Part shown: in pieces, positions 52,293 to 64,000 of the stretch | Numbering within the stretch: position 1 is the first letter of the stretch | Layout: the number at the start of each line of letters is the position of its first letter | Source of the DNA: Marsupella aquatica | Lineage: Eukaryota > Plantae > Marchantiophyta | DNA: 64,000 nucleotides | NCBI GenBank assembly: GCA_973895155.1 | Contig: OZ316894.1 | Location: 24,736,709 to 24,800,708, forward strand | Reading direction: 5' to 3' | The notes under the pieces: generated by a model | What the model was told of the DNA's origin: nothing | Databases searched by the model: none | What the model saw: the letters and a program-made list of their open reading frames with translations, nothing else | Translations under genes and position numbers: made by a program

Positions 52293-52814
52293 TAGATTAC
52301 AATGTGTAGTTGTATGCTGCACTTATCAATAAATGCTTCTAGCAAATGTGCTGCATTACTTGATTGATGCATTTATACTCTTATAGATGGAAATGCCCTT
52401 ATGTATTGGTAGTTTAGTGATAGGCAACCTGCATTTACAAACAGTGCATTTTTTAGTGCATTTACAAAGGAATTGGCTGTATTATTGAGGGACTACAGAA
52501 CCACCCTGCAGTTACCCACCGAATGCAGTTATACATACTGCACTTATCCATGAAAAACTGTAGTGTGACTAACACTAATTGCTATGGACAGCAATTAGAG
52601 TGACACCAAAATTAATGTGACTTGCACTATTTCAAGTGAGACAGTAAACTTTAATGGCTATGCAATTAAAGTGACTAAGAGGGATTGATATGGACAGAGT
52701 AGCTTAGCCATCACCTACAGTTAATTAGCTACCTACAGTTTAATTAGCTTCATGAGCTCTGTCAAGAAACTAAAGTGCTCTAGACAGGCCTAGTGGTTTT
52801 TCCCTGACAGTGCA

Positions 52815-53025
52815 GGTGAGTATGATAAATAGAGCCTTTTTCAAGGTGAGCATGATAGATTGAGTTGATAAATCGAGCCTTTTTCAAGGTGAGCATGATA
52901 GATTGAGTCTTGTCACAGTGAGCATGACAAACAGAGCCTTGTCAAGGTGAGCATGATAGGTACAGCCTTGTCATGATACTGTAGATAGAGCCTTGTCAAG
53001 GTGAGCATGATAGATAGAGCCTTGT
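52815..53025. repeat. Minisatellite of ~29-bp units (GAGCCTTGTCAAGGTGAGCATGATAGATA)
   Basis: About 7 degenerate copies. Confidence 0.85.
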
Positions 53026-53992
53026 TCCATTTGAGTATGCGTCACCCAACCAAAGCTGGCAAGCTGCACTGTGGGGATCATCATATACTATAATTGGCTA
53101 AGTCTACTCTTCATGACCTGCCTGTTCGCGAAGTCATAAGGCTCTGGAAATGACAAATTTTGATACTTGAAACAATGTTTGCGAATAGGGAGGCTTATGG
53201 GGAGCCTGGTACACCAAGCCCTTCCACGTGCACAATTATGCACATATATTCAAAGTAGTATCCCTCACAAGGCAGGATTTGCCTGTAATTCTCAAATTGG
53301 CTCATGCCATTCTTCTGTGGTAAGCCCTTGCCACACAATTTAACCTGGCTTCTACATTCGTGATTTTTCACTCCTATCTTTTGGGTTTCATTCCCGGTTT
53401 CATTTACACTTTGATGCACTATATATTTGTAAAAAGTGATGTTTTACATGGGGTTTTACATAATACTGGTGGAGTTCTGAAAGAATATTCCATAACCATA
53501 TTAGTGTTCATCTGATACAGAAGGATGGAAGAGAACACATGTGAGAAATAGCCAAGGGGTCCGGTTAACAATATCTTGTAAATCCCGACAAGCAAATCAC
53601 TTCACTAAACTGGCTCAACCAAAGGCGAAATGCAATAGGACAAAAGGTTCTACACCACAATGTTCCAAAGACCTTTCATGGCTATGATTGAAAGTGATAA
53701 TATCCCATACAGTAGTGACAATACTATATGGATGTCTTGCTCATACAAGACTTGTCATGGTAAGTTACAAGGAACCAAACTATGTAATCAGTTTAAATTT
53801 GTTTTGATGGGGCCGGGAGTCCCAATGAATGGAAGGAGGGGCAAAAGACTGGAGTACATTCGTCGTGTAGGTGAGAAGGAGCAAGAGAAGAAAGCCTGAT
53901 AAGAGAAAGAAGCCAAATGGGGGAACTGAACTGGCTAAAAGGAGGAGCCAGATATACAAAGAACAAAAATGCCAAACTGACAATATCCAAAC

Positions 53993-54667
53993 TGTTGGTA
54001 CTTAACTCTAGTGCCTGGTTAGGTTAACCAGGAAGAACTAGGATTGTCATAGAGCACCTTGTGAGCTTGCCAGGCTATGGCGGATATACTAGTTTATGTA
54101 TACTAGTGATTCTTTTCTTGCTTTGTGGACGTAGCCCAGACAGGGTGAAATTTGTATCTATGTGTCGGTGTCAATTTCTTGTTGTACACTCATTCTTGGT
54201 GACATTGTATTGTGCAATATTTCCCAACACAAACAGCAAGAGACCCAAATGGGGAGAAAACAAGGGAAAACCCCAGGAAGACCACAAATCCAAAAATGCA
54301 TGGGGGTTCCACACAAGACAAATGAACTAAAGCCATACCCAATTGTATATTGAAAATCCTGGTAAAGGTCAGGAGTGCCAACAGTTTACTGCAAAGTAAC
54401 TTTCCACACAAGTCAAAGGAAGTAAAGCCCGAAGCAAAGCAGAACTCAAGAGTAAACTAAGAAGCTCATGGTAAAGTTCAGGAGTCCTAGTAGTTTCACA
54501 AAAGGAACTAAAGCCCTAGTACTCAACAGTAAACTGAAACAACTGTTAAGTACATTGCCAGTAAAGAGATGTTCAAATTTACAATACTGCCAAGGTTTTT
54601 GTACATATATAGTTCCCCTGGTTAGTTGCTAAACCTACCAGGCCCGTGATTGAAGGGGTTGGTCACA
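53993..54667. mobile_element. Probable solo LTR (~675 bp)
   Basis: TG...CA ends (TGTTGG / GGTCA(CA)). Subterminal inverted similarity CCTGGTTAGGTTAACCAGGAAGAACTA versus TAGTTCCCCTGGTTAG..CCTACCAGG. Imperfect flanks CAAAC/CAAAG. Abuts and truncates a LINE fragment. Confidence 0.4.
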
Positions 54668-54669
54668 AA

Positions 54670-54865
54670 GGTTGAACAATGAGCAGTCTCCAATTGAGAA
54701 ATTCCAGCACGTCATGGTTTTTGGGGATAAGCTTGATTACCCCGGCTAGAGCCTTGGTGGTCATCAGTCTGTCTCCCCGGAATGCATGGACCATCGCAGA
54801 GCAGTTCGGGGCCATAAATTCCCAGCCCTTGATTAGCACCTCAATTGTAAATCCATCAACCACAT
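54670..54865 (-). mobile_element. LINE reverse-transcriptase fragment
   Basis: VDGFTIEVL..WEF..MVHAF...AGVIKLIPK...L.NWR matches the (KAPG)xDG ... I.LIPK ... NWRP region of non-LTR RTs. Confidence 0.75.
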
Positions 54866-55498
54866 ACCCTTTTCTATCTGTCCCCCTAAGGTATCCTTGG
54901 TGTCCATCCCGGCCAAAGAATCAAAATGTCTTTTTTTAATCTTTTTTATTCCTCCCCATCCTTTGAAACGGGCTTTGAAATACCCTTAATCCTCTATCCC
55001 TGCCCACCCTCAAAGAAATAAAACAATCTAAAAGAGATAGTCCATATGTTTTGTGCTTATCCTTTTTCCTAGACAAAAAGAAAGAAGAAAGAATAGAAAC
55101 GCAAAAAGGTCTCTTAAAAGATGCAATTCTTTAGCCCCTTTAAGAGTCTTTCCTTGTCCAGGTGACCCATTTCACCCAAAGGGAAATAAATAAATAAATT
55201 GAATGCTCCCAAGGTGAGAGAATAAAGTACATTCATTGATGAAGGGGCATTCAATGTACTGTCATTTGTCTTCAGTACTGTCTGCAACATACTCTAACAA
55301 ATGAAAGAGCGTTAGAGACACTTTAAGTATGTCGTTACCAAGTTCTTGTGACTAAAGTATGTATGCAGAGAAAAAGCTTTGGAGGCGTTTTCAAGGCCCC
55401 CATGACATAACTGAAGTGAAAGTTCAGTCAATCATCCATATGAGAAACCGTGGCTTATTTGTAAATACAAAAAAAAACTGTGACAGTATTGTCAATTC

Positions 55499-55621
55499 AA
55501 ATATTTTCAGCGACAAAGTACTTAAAAGTTGTAAAAAATGAAATCCTTGTATAGCTCTTGACAAATATTTTCAGTGACAAAGTACTTAAAAGTTGTAAAA
55601 AATGAAATCCTTGTATAGCTC
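55499..55621. repeat. Near-perfect ~64-bp tandem duplication
   Basis: AAATATTTTCAG(C/T)GACAAAGTACTTAAAAGTTGTAAAAAATGAAATCCTTGTATAGCTC occurs twice. Confidence 0.9.
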
Positions 55622-57517
55622 AGGAGTAACATGAGAGAATAGAGAGGCAAGGAAAGCCCCCTTAGATGAACAAGGCTAGAAAGCACAGGAAAGAAGGAAG
55701 TGATGACAACTACCACCAAGATATCAGTCAAGTTATAGAAAAAGAGGAAGAATGGGAAAAGAATAGGAAAACAATGAGCTATAGTCTCCCCCAAGCGGGA
55801 AATATAAAACAGAGCTACAGTCAGTATGATATAACTATTATGGAAACAAAAGACCAAAATGATGCTATAATTATTGTTCAAACATTGAGCTATAAGAGTA
55901 AATAGGATCCCCATCCCAAATAGGTTCCTACTTTTACATGAGGTCTCTTGAGCTACAAATCTACAAAGGATCCCTGTCCCAAATGCTTGTTTCCATAGGA
56001 CTCCTAATTTCATGTGAGATCTATAGAAATATATGTTTTAGCCAGGGATAGCATGGATTTAGAGACAATATGTTAAACTTTATGCAATGGGAACTTGAAA
56101 ATTTTGTCCAGAGTTCAAAGGTTGGATGGAGATCCCTCTCAACTATTGACTCTCCACAAATTTCTTAATTAAAAAACTGGTCCAATACAAAATTTCTTCT
56201 GATGAAATTTCCCCTTTGACAGTTGACTGTGTTTAACTGTGCCCAGTGAAGTGACTATGGCTGACCTGCAATTGCAAGCTTCCATCCCAGTTGTCACTTG
56301 AATTCATGCAGTTGATGCCTTGATGGGCTTCATGGGAGCATCAAACCGTGTGACAACATGAACCGAAAGAGGGAATGTGAAAGTAGGAACAGAAAGAGGG
56401 AATGCAAATGGCACAAGATGAATATTTACTAAGGGCCAAACAAGCAAAGTACTTTGAGGTGCAATCAAAAGAGGTCAACAGAATACAAAGAAAGTGGCCA
56501 AATGCAAACCCCAAAAACCTAAAAAGAGGAAAAGTCAAGAGATAAAATTTACCAGTACAATAGTTTGATGACTTAATGATTCATATGAGAGTGGAACTAA
56601 GTCTGGAAGGGGGACCTTAATGTCCACTAAGGGAGCAAGCCTCTTGTGAGACAAACTAGTATTCACTGCTAGAGATCTACAGTGGGTCATCAAACTTGAG
56701 ACCCTTCTAATGGGAGGATAAGTCCCTATCTTTGGCTTTCCCTGGCCCACCTTGTTTGTTGGTAGTCTGTATGAGTTTGGAAGTTTTCCCAGATTTTGTC
56801 GCTTGGCTGCTGGTTCCTCTTCTTTGCAATGTGTGCACGACTTGTTAGTTGATGATAATATGGCTTTGCAAGTTTTAAAGAGGGGATGACAAAAGAGGAA
56901 AGAGTTAAAGGATGAAAAGAAAAGGAGTCCCCTTCAGTCCCCCTCCCCTCCATCTCAAAGGGAAGTAAAAAAATTGATTTGATGTGAAAATGTGAAAAGA
57001 ACGAGGGAATGTTGGATGTCAAGTCAGGTGTTAATGAGATTTCTTCTCGGCATTATTTGAGGAAAAACTACAGCAGGGAGACTGAAAATGGGTCTCTGAT
57101 GGACCACAGTTTGTAAACAGGCAACTAGAATGTATCTAACAACTTTTGAGGCCCTGAAAAGTTTTTCTGGGACTTAATTATATAGTACACCTACAAAAAA
57201 AACAGAAGGCATCTAACTGGGAGACAAGATCTTAGAGACATGTGAGGGCCCAATAAAGGGAGAGGAACCCCAAGATCCACAAACCTGTGACAGTTGATTC
57301 ATGACTCGAACCAATGGAAGCAGTTATTATAATTCTATCCAAAGGACACTATCAACACTCTTAGAATGCTAGAGCAGAAGGATTCAGCAATTCATTTTCT
57401 TTTCTTATTGTTTAATTTTACACAACCTTCTCCAGTAGCTGTGAACTTGCTCTAACCTGAAGTTGAACAAGCTGGTTAGTTTTACTCCCTTTTCGGTCAC
57501 ACAGTTGCAGGCTAGAA

Positions 57518-57631
57518 ATTTCCGCCCATTCCTCCTTTATTAATGTAATTATTACTGTCTGGCAAAGGTTACTGGATTTCTGCCCATGCCTCCTTTATAT
57601 TATGTAATTACTGTCTGGCAAAGGTTACTGG
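57518..57631. repeat. Tandem duplication of ~58 bp
   Basis: ATTTC.GCCCAT.CCTCCTTTAT..ATGTAATTA..CTGTCTGGCAAAGGTTACTGG occurs twice. Confidence 0.85.
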
Positions 57632-58503
57632 TCACAAGTTTCCGGGCAAGAGGTCATGAAAATAACAAGTACTTCCAAAAATGCTTACACGCTGGTAGCC
57701 TATATTAGATACAGAAATGATGTCATTTGGAGACATCCTGCTGCAGATTGGTGTCTTCAAACCCCTTCACCATTACAATACAAACTGGGTTTCCCAACTT
57801 GTTATACTACTTATTTAAAATCTTTAATAAACTGGGTTTTTCCAGCCAATGCCATCTACAGTATTTATAGCCTCTTCTGGTGGGGCAAGGTACCCCTAGT
57901 TTAGGGGGCAAACAGACCATCCCTCATGCCCAATCTCCACTCCCCATGTGGCCCCCTTATTGTGACACCACAACAACCCCAAGCGTTTTTCCGTATACTG
58001 CGGCCGTGCAAGAAAAATAATAAATCGAACTTCAAAGTTCTTTAGATTTCCACCCACCCTCCGATCAAATAAACGAAAGGCCCAGATCAGGCAGACGTTT
58101 CCTTTCAGCGAAACAAATGAAAATGTAGGAGTTTATCGGGACAAGAAGGCTTCAAGATCGACGCCTCCGGAGACGCGCGGGGGGTCCGTGGGAAGATCGA
58201 GGACGCCCAATGATATCGAGGTAAAGATTCGCGAATACTCTGGCTCATTCGCTCTCTTCCGTGCGCCTAAACAAATTTTCTTCGAGCAAATAAATCAATC
58301 GAATGAATGTATGAATGACAGAATGAATGTGTAGGACGAATCTCACGAGCGTTGTGGTCGATCGAATACTGCGACGAGCAGAGTAGTGGCCCTTGAATCG
58401 CTCGAATCTGTGTGAGGCGCAGTAGCGAATCGATCCGTGAAACTCGGATTCACGGTTTAGCATTTGCAGCGCCTCATTTGGTGATCGATTTCTTAATTAT
58501 CGA

Positions 58504-61257
58504 ATGGCTAGCGCGGCCGCAGCGCCATGGCGTCAGCTGCTGATGGAATCGCTGGAAGCCAACAAGCACTTGGTGCACGCCAAGTACTTTCAGCTCGTAA
58601 GTCAGTCAGTTGCCTGTAGGCCGTGCATGGTGCATACTGTGCGATGAACGATTTGCAGGATTGAATGAGTGAATGAATGTCAGGCCTGGCCTGATCTGAT
58701 CAGCTTGTTGTGAGGATCTGCAGATTTGAAGTTTGCGAGCCTTTCAGAGTTTGTTTGGTTCTCCTCTGCCTTCGCCTCGGATTGTTTGTTGTTTGCGATG
58801 TCGCAATTTGACTGAATGAATGTCAGGCTGTACCGGATCTGCTTCTTGCAAGGATACGCAGATCTTCGGATAAAAAAGGTTCTGTACTTTGAGAAGCTTG
58901 GTTTTTTTGGTTCTCGCCTGGTTTATCCTCTAGCTGGTATCTGCCGTTGTTTGATTGTGGTTGTCGTCCTGTGCCGCGTATGTGCTTGTTGACCGTTACA
59001 ATTCAGTGTTGATTTGCTTTTGATTAGGACTCGAGGATGTTTTGGAAAGGTTTTGGGCTTTTCGAAACTGTTATTCATTGCGTGCTTCTTGTTGTCGTCG
59101 TGTGTGTACGTTTTGGAATGTTAAAGTTCGAATGTCTGGTACTATCTCCGTGTGATACTGATGATGATGATTTGCGGATTTCAGATGAAGTGTGTAAGGA
59201 TCTGTTCAGACGGATTTTTATTTGTAGTTGTTGGCGTGTTTGCTCGCTTATGGATTCTGGACGCACCTCCTCTGTTCTTGCATTACACATTTTCCCGGAC
59301 TGGAACATCGTGTGACCTCTGTATGTATGTGTGTGCCTTTCTCTGCTTGGCAGGCCACAGTCAGGCAGAACGGATCTCCGACTGTGCGAACGATCGTTTT
59401 CAGGTATTTTTGCGACCCGGATCGATCGGACTTGCGGCAAATTCGTAATCCTCTTGAGGTTGTACATTTTGTTTTGTCCTCAGTTCAACGAAGTTTTCCG
59501 GGCGTTGTTGCCCTGCTGTCAATCAATTCTGTCACGGAGGATCTAGTTTCGGTCAATGCGGTCGATGGAGAAAAGGTGGAATGGCACGTGGGCTCACTTC
59601 TTCGATAGCTGCTTGACTTGTGGTCGAATTCTGATGCTCATTTAATCGCAGGGGATTTGAAGAAGGGACGAATAAGCTTCTCATAACCACAGATGCTCGT
59701 AGTCGAAAGGTAAGATGTGCGAATTGGATCTTGTACTGTGACAAGTAATCTAGCCTCGTCGCTTTGTCTAGACGCCTGGTATGATATGGCTTCCTTCGAT
59801 TTAAGATTCTCTATGTAGTTCAAAGAAAAAAGGCGTGGTAGGCTTTTGCAGGCTCTTTATAGAACTCTATCCCAATTTACTTTGCCTCGGTACACACAGA
59901 CCTTATCAGATACTTCCAAAATGGGTTGCAGGTTGACGAAATCAAGAATATACCTCTAGGAGAGGTATTCCAATCTGTACCAATCTTTTTCTGTTCTATA
60001 TGTTTAAGCAACAAATAGGTCGATTGAGCAGGATAGGAGAGTACTTCTATGTGGGCATGTCCCACATTTTTCAATCAAGATCTCATCTCGTATCGTAAGC
60101 AGATACTGTCCTTTCAGATGCTGAGGATTCTATGTGAGCTTGAGCAAGAACTCTTCCATGAAGCCCGTAGAAGAGGGCTACACTAAGCAGGATAGATTTG
60201 CAGTGTGTTGTTTATTTCAGTGACACATGGGAGCAGTTCCGAATAAGTGGTATTCTCGATTTAATTGGACCTGAAAGCCCTCCAGAAGCACAAAAGGTAA
60301 TACTCACTTTATCTTCTTGGTCGTTGTCAGAGTTCTTTGATTCAAGCAGCGACCTTCAGAAAATGGTGGGCTCATCATTGACCTTACTGTTATCTGGAAC
60401 GTGTCTTCTTAAAATCCAAGGATAACTTTGGAGACGAATAATGATTATGAACTAATGGAGAATTTATGTCATAGTCCTGTTCATGGCTCCAATGGATGCT
60501 GACCGGTTATGGCTGTGATAGTTATGTCCCTTGCAGAATGAAAAATTCCTTACGGGTTACGGGTTTTTACTTATTCATTCTGCATACAGGTAAGGCAAAA
60601 CTTATGGGACGCAAGCTCTCCCAAGTCTTTGTTGCAGTTGGTTGGTCCTTATCCTGGAACTCCTTTGACCAAGGAATCCAAAGAAGAAGCAGCACAAGTC
60701 CACTTGCGTAAAGAAGGCGGGCCAGTGGAGAATTTTTTTATAGTGACTCTAGATCCAATGGAGGTATTGTTTTATAACATGATGTGCATTGTGTCATTTG
60801 TGCAAAATTTGGTAAGGCCCAGGATTCACTTTAAATGGTGAGGAACGGCGGCAGTGGAAAAGCCACAACAGGGAATGTGTCCAATGTCTCGATAATCTTC
60901 TTGGAGTAGTAGGTTATTAATTGTGTCTGAAATTTTCTAATTATGAAATCTGTTACTAGGAATTTGGGACTAACTTGTCTGTTATCACAACGGCATGTTG
61001 ACAAACTTGCTTACAAATTCCTACAACAGGCGCTGTTATTGGTCCGGCTTTGATGATTATTATACTCAAACAATGTCCCTAGCAACCTTTGGGGCAATGA
61101 AGCGGTCTATAAAGCTCTTAAGTCTAGGCCTGGTCTGAATTAGACCTTTTCTGTCCGTGTGGCACAGGTTGACTATCTTCACTTGCAGCAAGCGAGGAGG
61201 GTATATTACGAGAAGAAAGACAATCAAGAGTGGACAGAACAAGAACTGAATCCATGA
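58504..61257 (+). CDS. PPOX2: Pyridoxamine 5'-phosphate oxidase family FMN-binding protein (PPOX2 / At2g46580-like), 196 aa
   Basis: Exons 58504-58596, 59354-59403, 59652-59709, 59932-59964, 60204-60296, 60590-60763, 61168-61257. All introns GT-AG and in phase (591 nt). Motifs APWRQLL, YFQLATV, P.VRTIVFRGF, TDARSRK, YFSDTWEQFRISG, VDYLHL, ELNP*. Confidence 0.92.
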
Positions 61258-63278
61258 ATTTCCAAGTGCCACACAATTCGAACAGAGTAGGAACAGTTGG
61301 CCCACGGAGTACAGGTTGGTTTACTGAAATGTACTTCCCAGGAAATTGTTCAGAGCTTGTGACTTAGCCGTAATGGACTCTTTGCTAAAATAATTGCCTT
61401 GACTAAGAAGGCAGAAAAATGGTGGACAACCGAGTCGCTTCTGACTGGAATACGTCGTCCCCTTACTAATCTATGGAGGTAAAATGAGCACTACCAAGTT
61501 CGCACAATGCAGATACCTTTTGGTCGAGACTAAAAAGTCATTTTTGTTTATTAGCATGGCGAGGAATGAGTGCAGAGGAGAGACACAAGTGGCTATTGTC
61601 AACACTGCCTAGCCCTTATGAATAATATCTTTGGGATGACTGAGCGAAAACTCCCGAGTCTTCGTAACCCACACGAATATTGTCTAAAGTATTACCCAGA
61701 TTGGCAAGTAATTTGGTTGACGTGAACAGAGTTTGCGCTTCTTAGGTACGGAGTAACATGTATTTCACCGTGAGTGTGTTTGACCCTCAACATGACGCCC
61801 TCCTAGAGCAGAACGATTGTTTTCTTAGCAATAGTGCTATGTCCATGGCAGCTGGGCATTTGTCTAGACAGTAGCCCAGGACTATTGGTGTCATTTGATC
61901 TTTTCTGTCTGCATCAAATTCCAACATCTTGAACGAGGAAGCGTATTGAACAAACATACTCGGAAGATCAGCTTGCTCCGAAAACCGCAGTTTACTAATA
62001 AGATTAGTCATTCGACACCTGAGACTACTGAAGAGTTCTGGAAGATGTGTAGAGAATCAGGATTTAAGTGATGAATCTGTATAACAGAGTTCAGCATTAC
62101 AAAGGGAGCAAAAGGCTCAACAATGGGAGCGAACGAGTCATGCTGCTGGTCAACCTATTCATCTTCTCACCAAAGGGTTTCCTTCAGATTTTACCAGAAC
62201 CTTCTTTGCACATCCTTCTCAACCATTCGTTTCCAAGTATTCTACTCCTAAAGATGGTCGATGCTGGGACTACAACCCTGAGATTTGCCCAGATCTATCT
62301 TATCTACTGTAGGGTCCCAATTTCTTTTGGGTAACCAGTCCTAAACATAGTGGAAATTGCGAGACTGAGGTAATCTCCTTGGCACCGTTGTCTCGCGAGT
62401 GGCTGCACACTCAGGGGCAGGGAAATGTGGTCCAATTTCCATTGACAGAATGGCTATTCACGACACAACTGTCTGGCTGGGAGAACCTGTAACCGTAGTT
62501 TAGACCACAGCTGAATGGAATGTTGGTCCAGTTATGTACTCACAGATTGCTTTTGAGGCTCCCTTGCTCCCTTTGCCTGGTGGCTTACGATGGCAATCAT
62601 AATAATGGTGCGTCAGCAGATTTTGAGTTTGTATGTTGCTCGATTTAAAATAGATGATGCATAACCAAAATTGGAGTCATTGCAGACTATTTCAAGCAAA
62701 AGAGTCTGATCTATTTGGCATCTATTTGGCAAGCCCAAGAAATGTTTTAGGAAGTTTTTTTCGGGTAAGTATTTACTGTTAAGATCAGTTGATTCCCTGC
62801 TATCTTAGACCTATGCTTAAAGTCATGTTCATTTTGTGCAACGTCAGCAAAAAACTTCAAAACCAAAAAAAACTATCCCAAAACTGATTTAACCAGGTCT
62901 GACTGCTGCCCCTTCTCTTATTAAAGTGGGATCAAATGAAACAATCCAGCTCAAATTGAAAACCTTTTCAGAAACAAAACTGTTAGAGAAACATTTTTCC
63001 AACTAAACTGATATGAAAAACGTTTTCAAAAACGAGTACAGAATAAGCATCACTCAGAATTTATGGAAATGTCTTATCATATATGTATTTAATGTTATTA
63101 TAATATATGTTGGGCTTTGTAAACTTCAATCAAGAAATGTGAACCGAATGGAAAGGCCAACTTTTTCTTTCTGTCATATTTGTTCGGAAGATGAAAATTA
63201 AGATGTGGGGTGCAAAAATGTTCAGGTGCCACAAGTACACAAGGATGTGATGAACTCATGGGTCAGCATATACTGAAC

Positions 63279-64000
63279 TTATCTGACGGGAGCAGCAGTA
63301 ACTTGATTCACCTGATTTAATTCATCTAACCAGGACTGAATTTTGCACCATGCTTCTGCACGTCTCCTGATCCTTCCGTTCTCTAGCCTGGTTCTTTTGG
63401 CTGCCCCATGCCAGCTTTGGAAAACATTCATCTGAAGTGTTCTGAGAAGTCTCCCACAGAAATGGAGGATTAACTTTTGCATTGCAACAAGCGTTCCGTT
63501 CCACCTTCTCTATTTTCTCTTGTTCACCTTGATCCAGTGCTAGAAAGTGTGAGTGTCTCAAGGAGGACAGAGATAAACAAGTGAGACAAATTAAGCATAT
63601 TTAACGAGGTGTGCAGAAACACAACAAGTCCTAAGTTTCTCCAGTTCTTCCAGTGCAACGTATTCTAGCAGCACGGGCTTCAGAACTTCGTAGAAATGAA
63701 GTTCTTAGATTTAAAGTCAGTCTCTCAGATTGCTGTTGATCAAGAGTTCCCTGATATCAGCTAAAGAGCAACAGAAATTCGCCTCTTGATCTCAAATCAC
63801 TGCAGTATTGAACAATGTTGCTTTTGGAGTGGTGAAAAGTATGCCATGCGGCATAGATTATAAGCTGCGAAACAGCTGTCCAATATTGAGAAACCTTATT
63901 AGCAAGTCTTAATGCTGACCTTTGGGCATGCCCGTCAGCAATCCTTTCAAGTGCCAACGCCTTCATCAAGTTTGTACCTCTGAGAACATTCACGTGTTGC
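63279..64000 (-). other. Possible 3' end of a gene or pseudogene entering from the right edge, with Trp-spaced helical repeats (SFI1/CCDC191-like)
   Basis: Minus-strand ORF pieces ALRLANKVSQYW..LIIYAAWHTF and LHFCGRLLRTLQMNVFQSW...RRRAEAWCKIQSWLDEL. The exon structure is unresolved and stops intervene. Confidence 0.25.

Overview
Eukaryotic nuclear DNA from a land plant with GT-AG introns. The TE relics and microsatellite-rich leaders suggest a bryophyte such as a liverwort (inference). Six intact protein genes are supported: UQCC1/CBP3 (-, 7 exons), an intronless type-II SKP1/ASK21-like gene (+), NDF5 (+, 3 exons), an ER FKBP15-type PPIase (+), an intronless FkbM-like methyltransferase (+) and a PPOX2-type pyridoxamine 5'-phosphate oxidase family gene (+, 7 exons). 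There is also a damaged EMC6 gene (-), a gag/protease-deleted Ty1/Copia element with both LTRs and a 5-bp TSD, a tRNA-derived SINE, a LINE RT fragment, several MITE-like foldbacks and many tandem repeats. The most striking feature is in the FKBP15 gene. Exon 4 is present as two paralogous 91-nt copies separated by only 48 nt, both with intact splice sites and a signature of purifying selection. This is the classic architecture of mutually exclusive exons, and the two copies would swap part of the PPIase active site. All family calls are from sequence recognition, not database searches.
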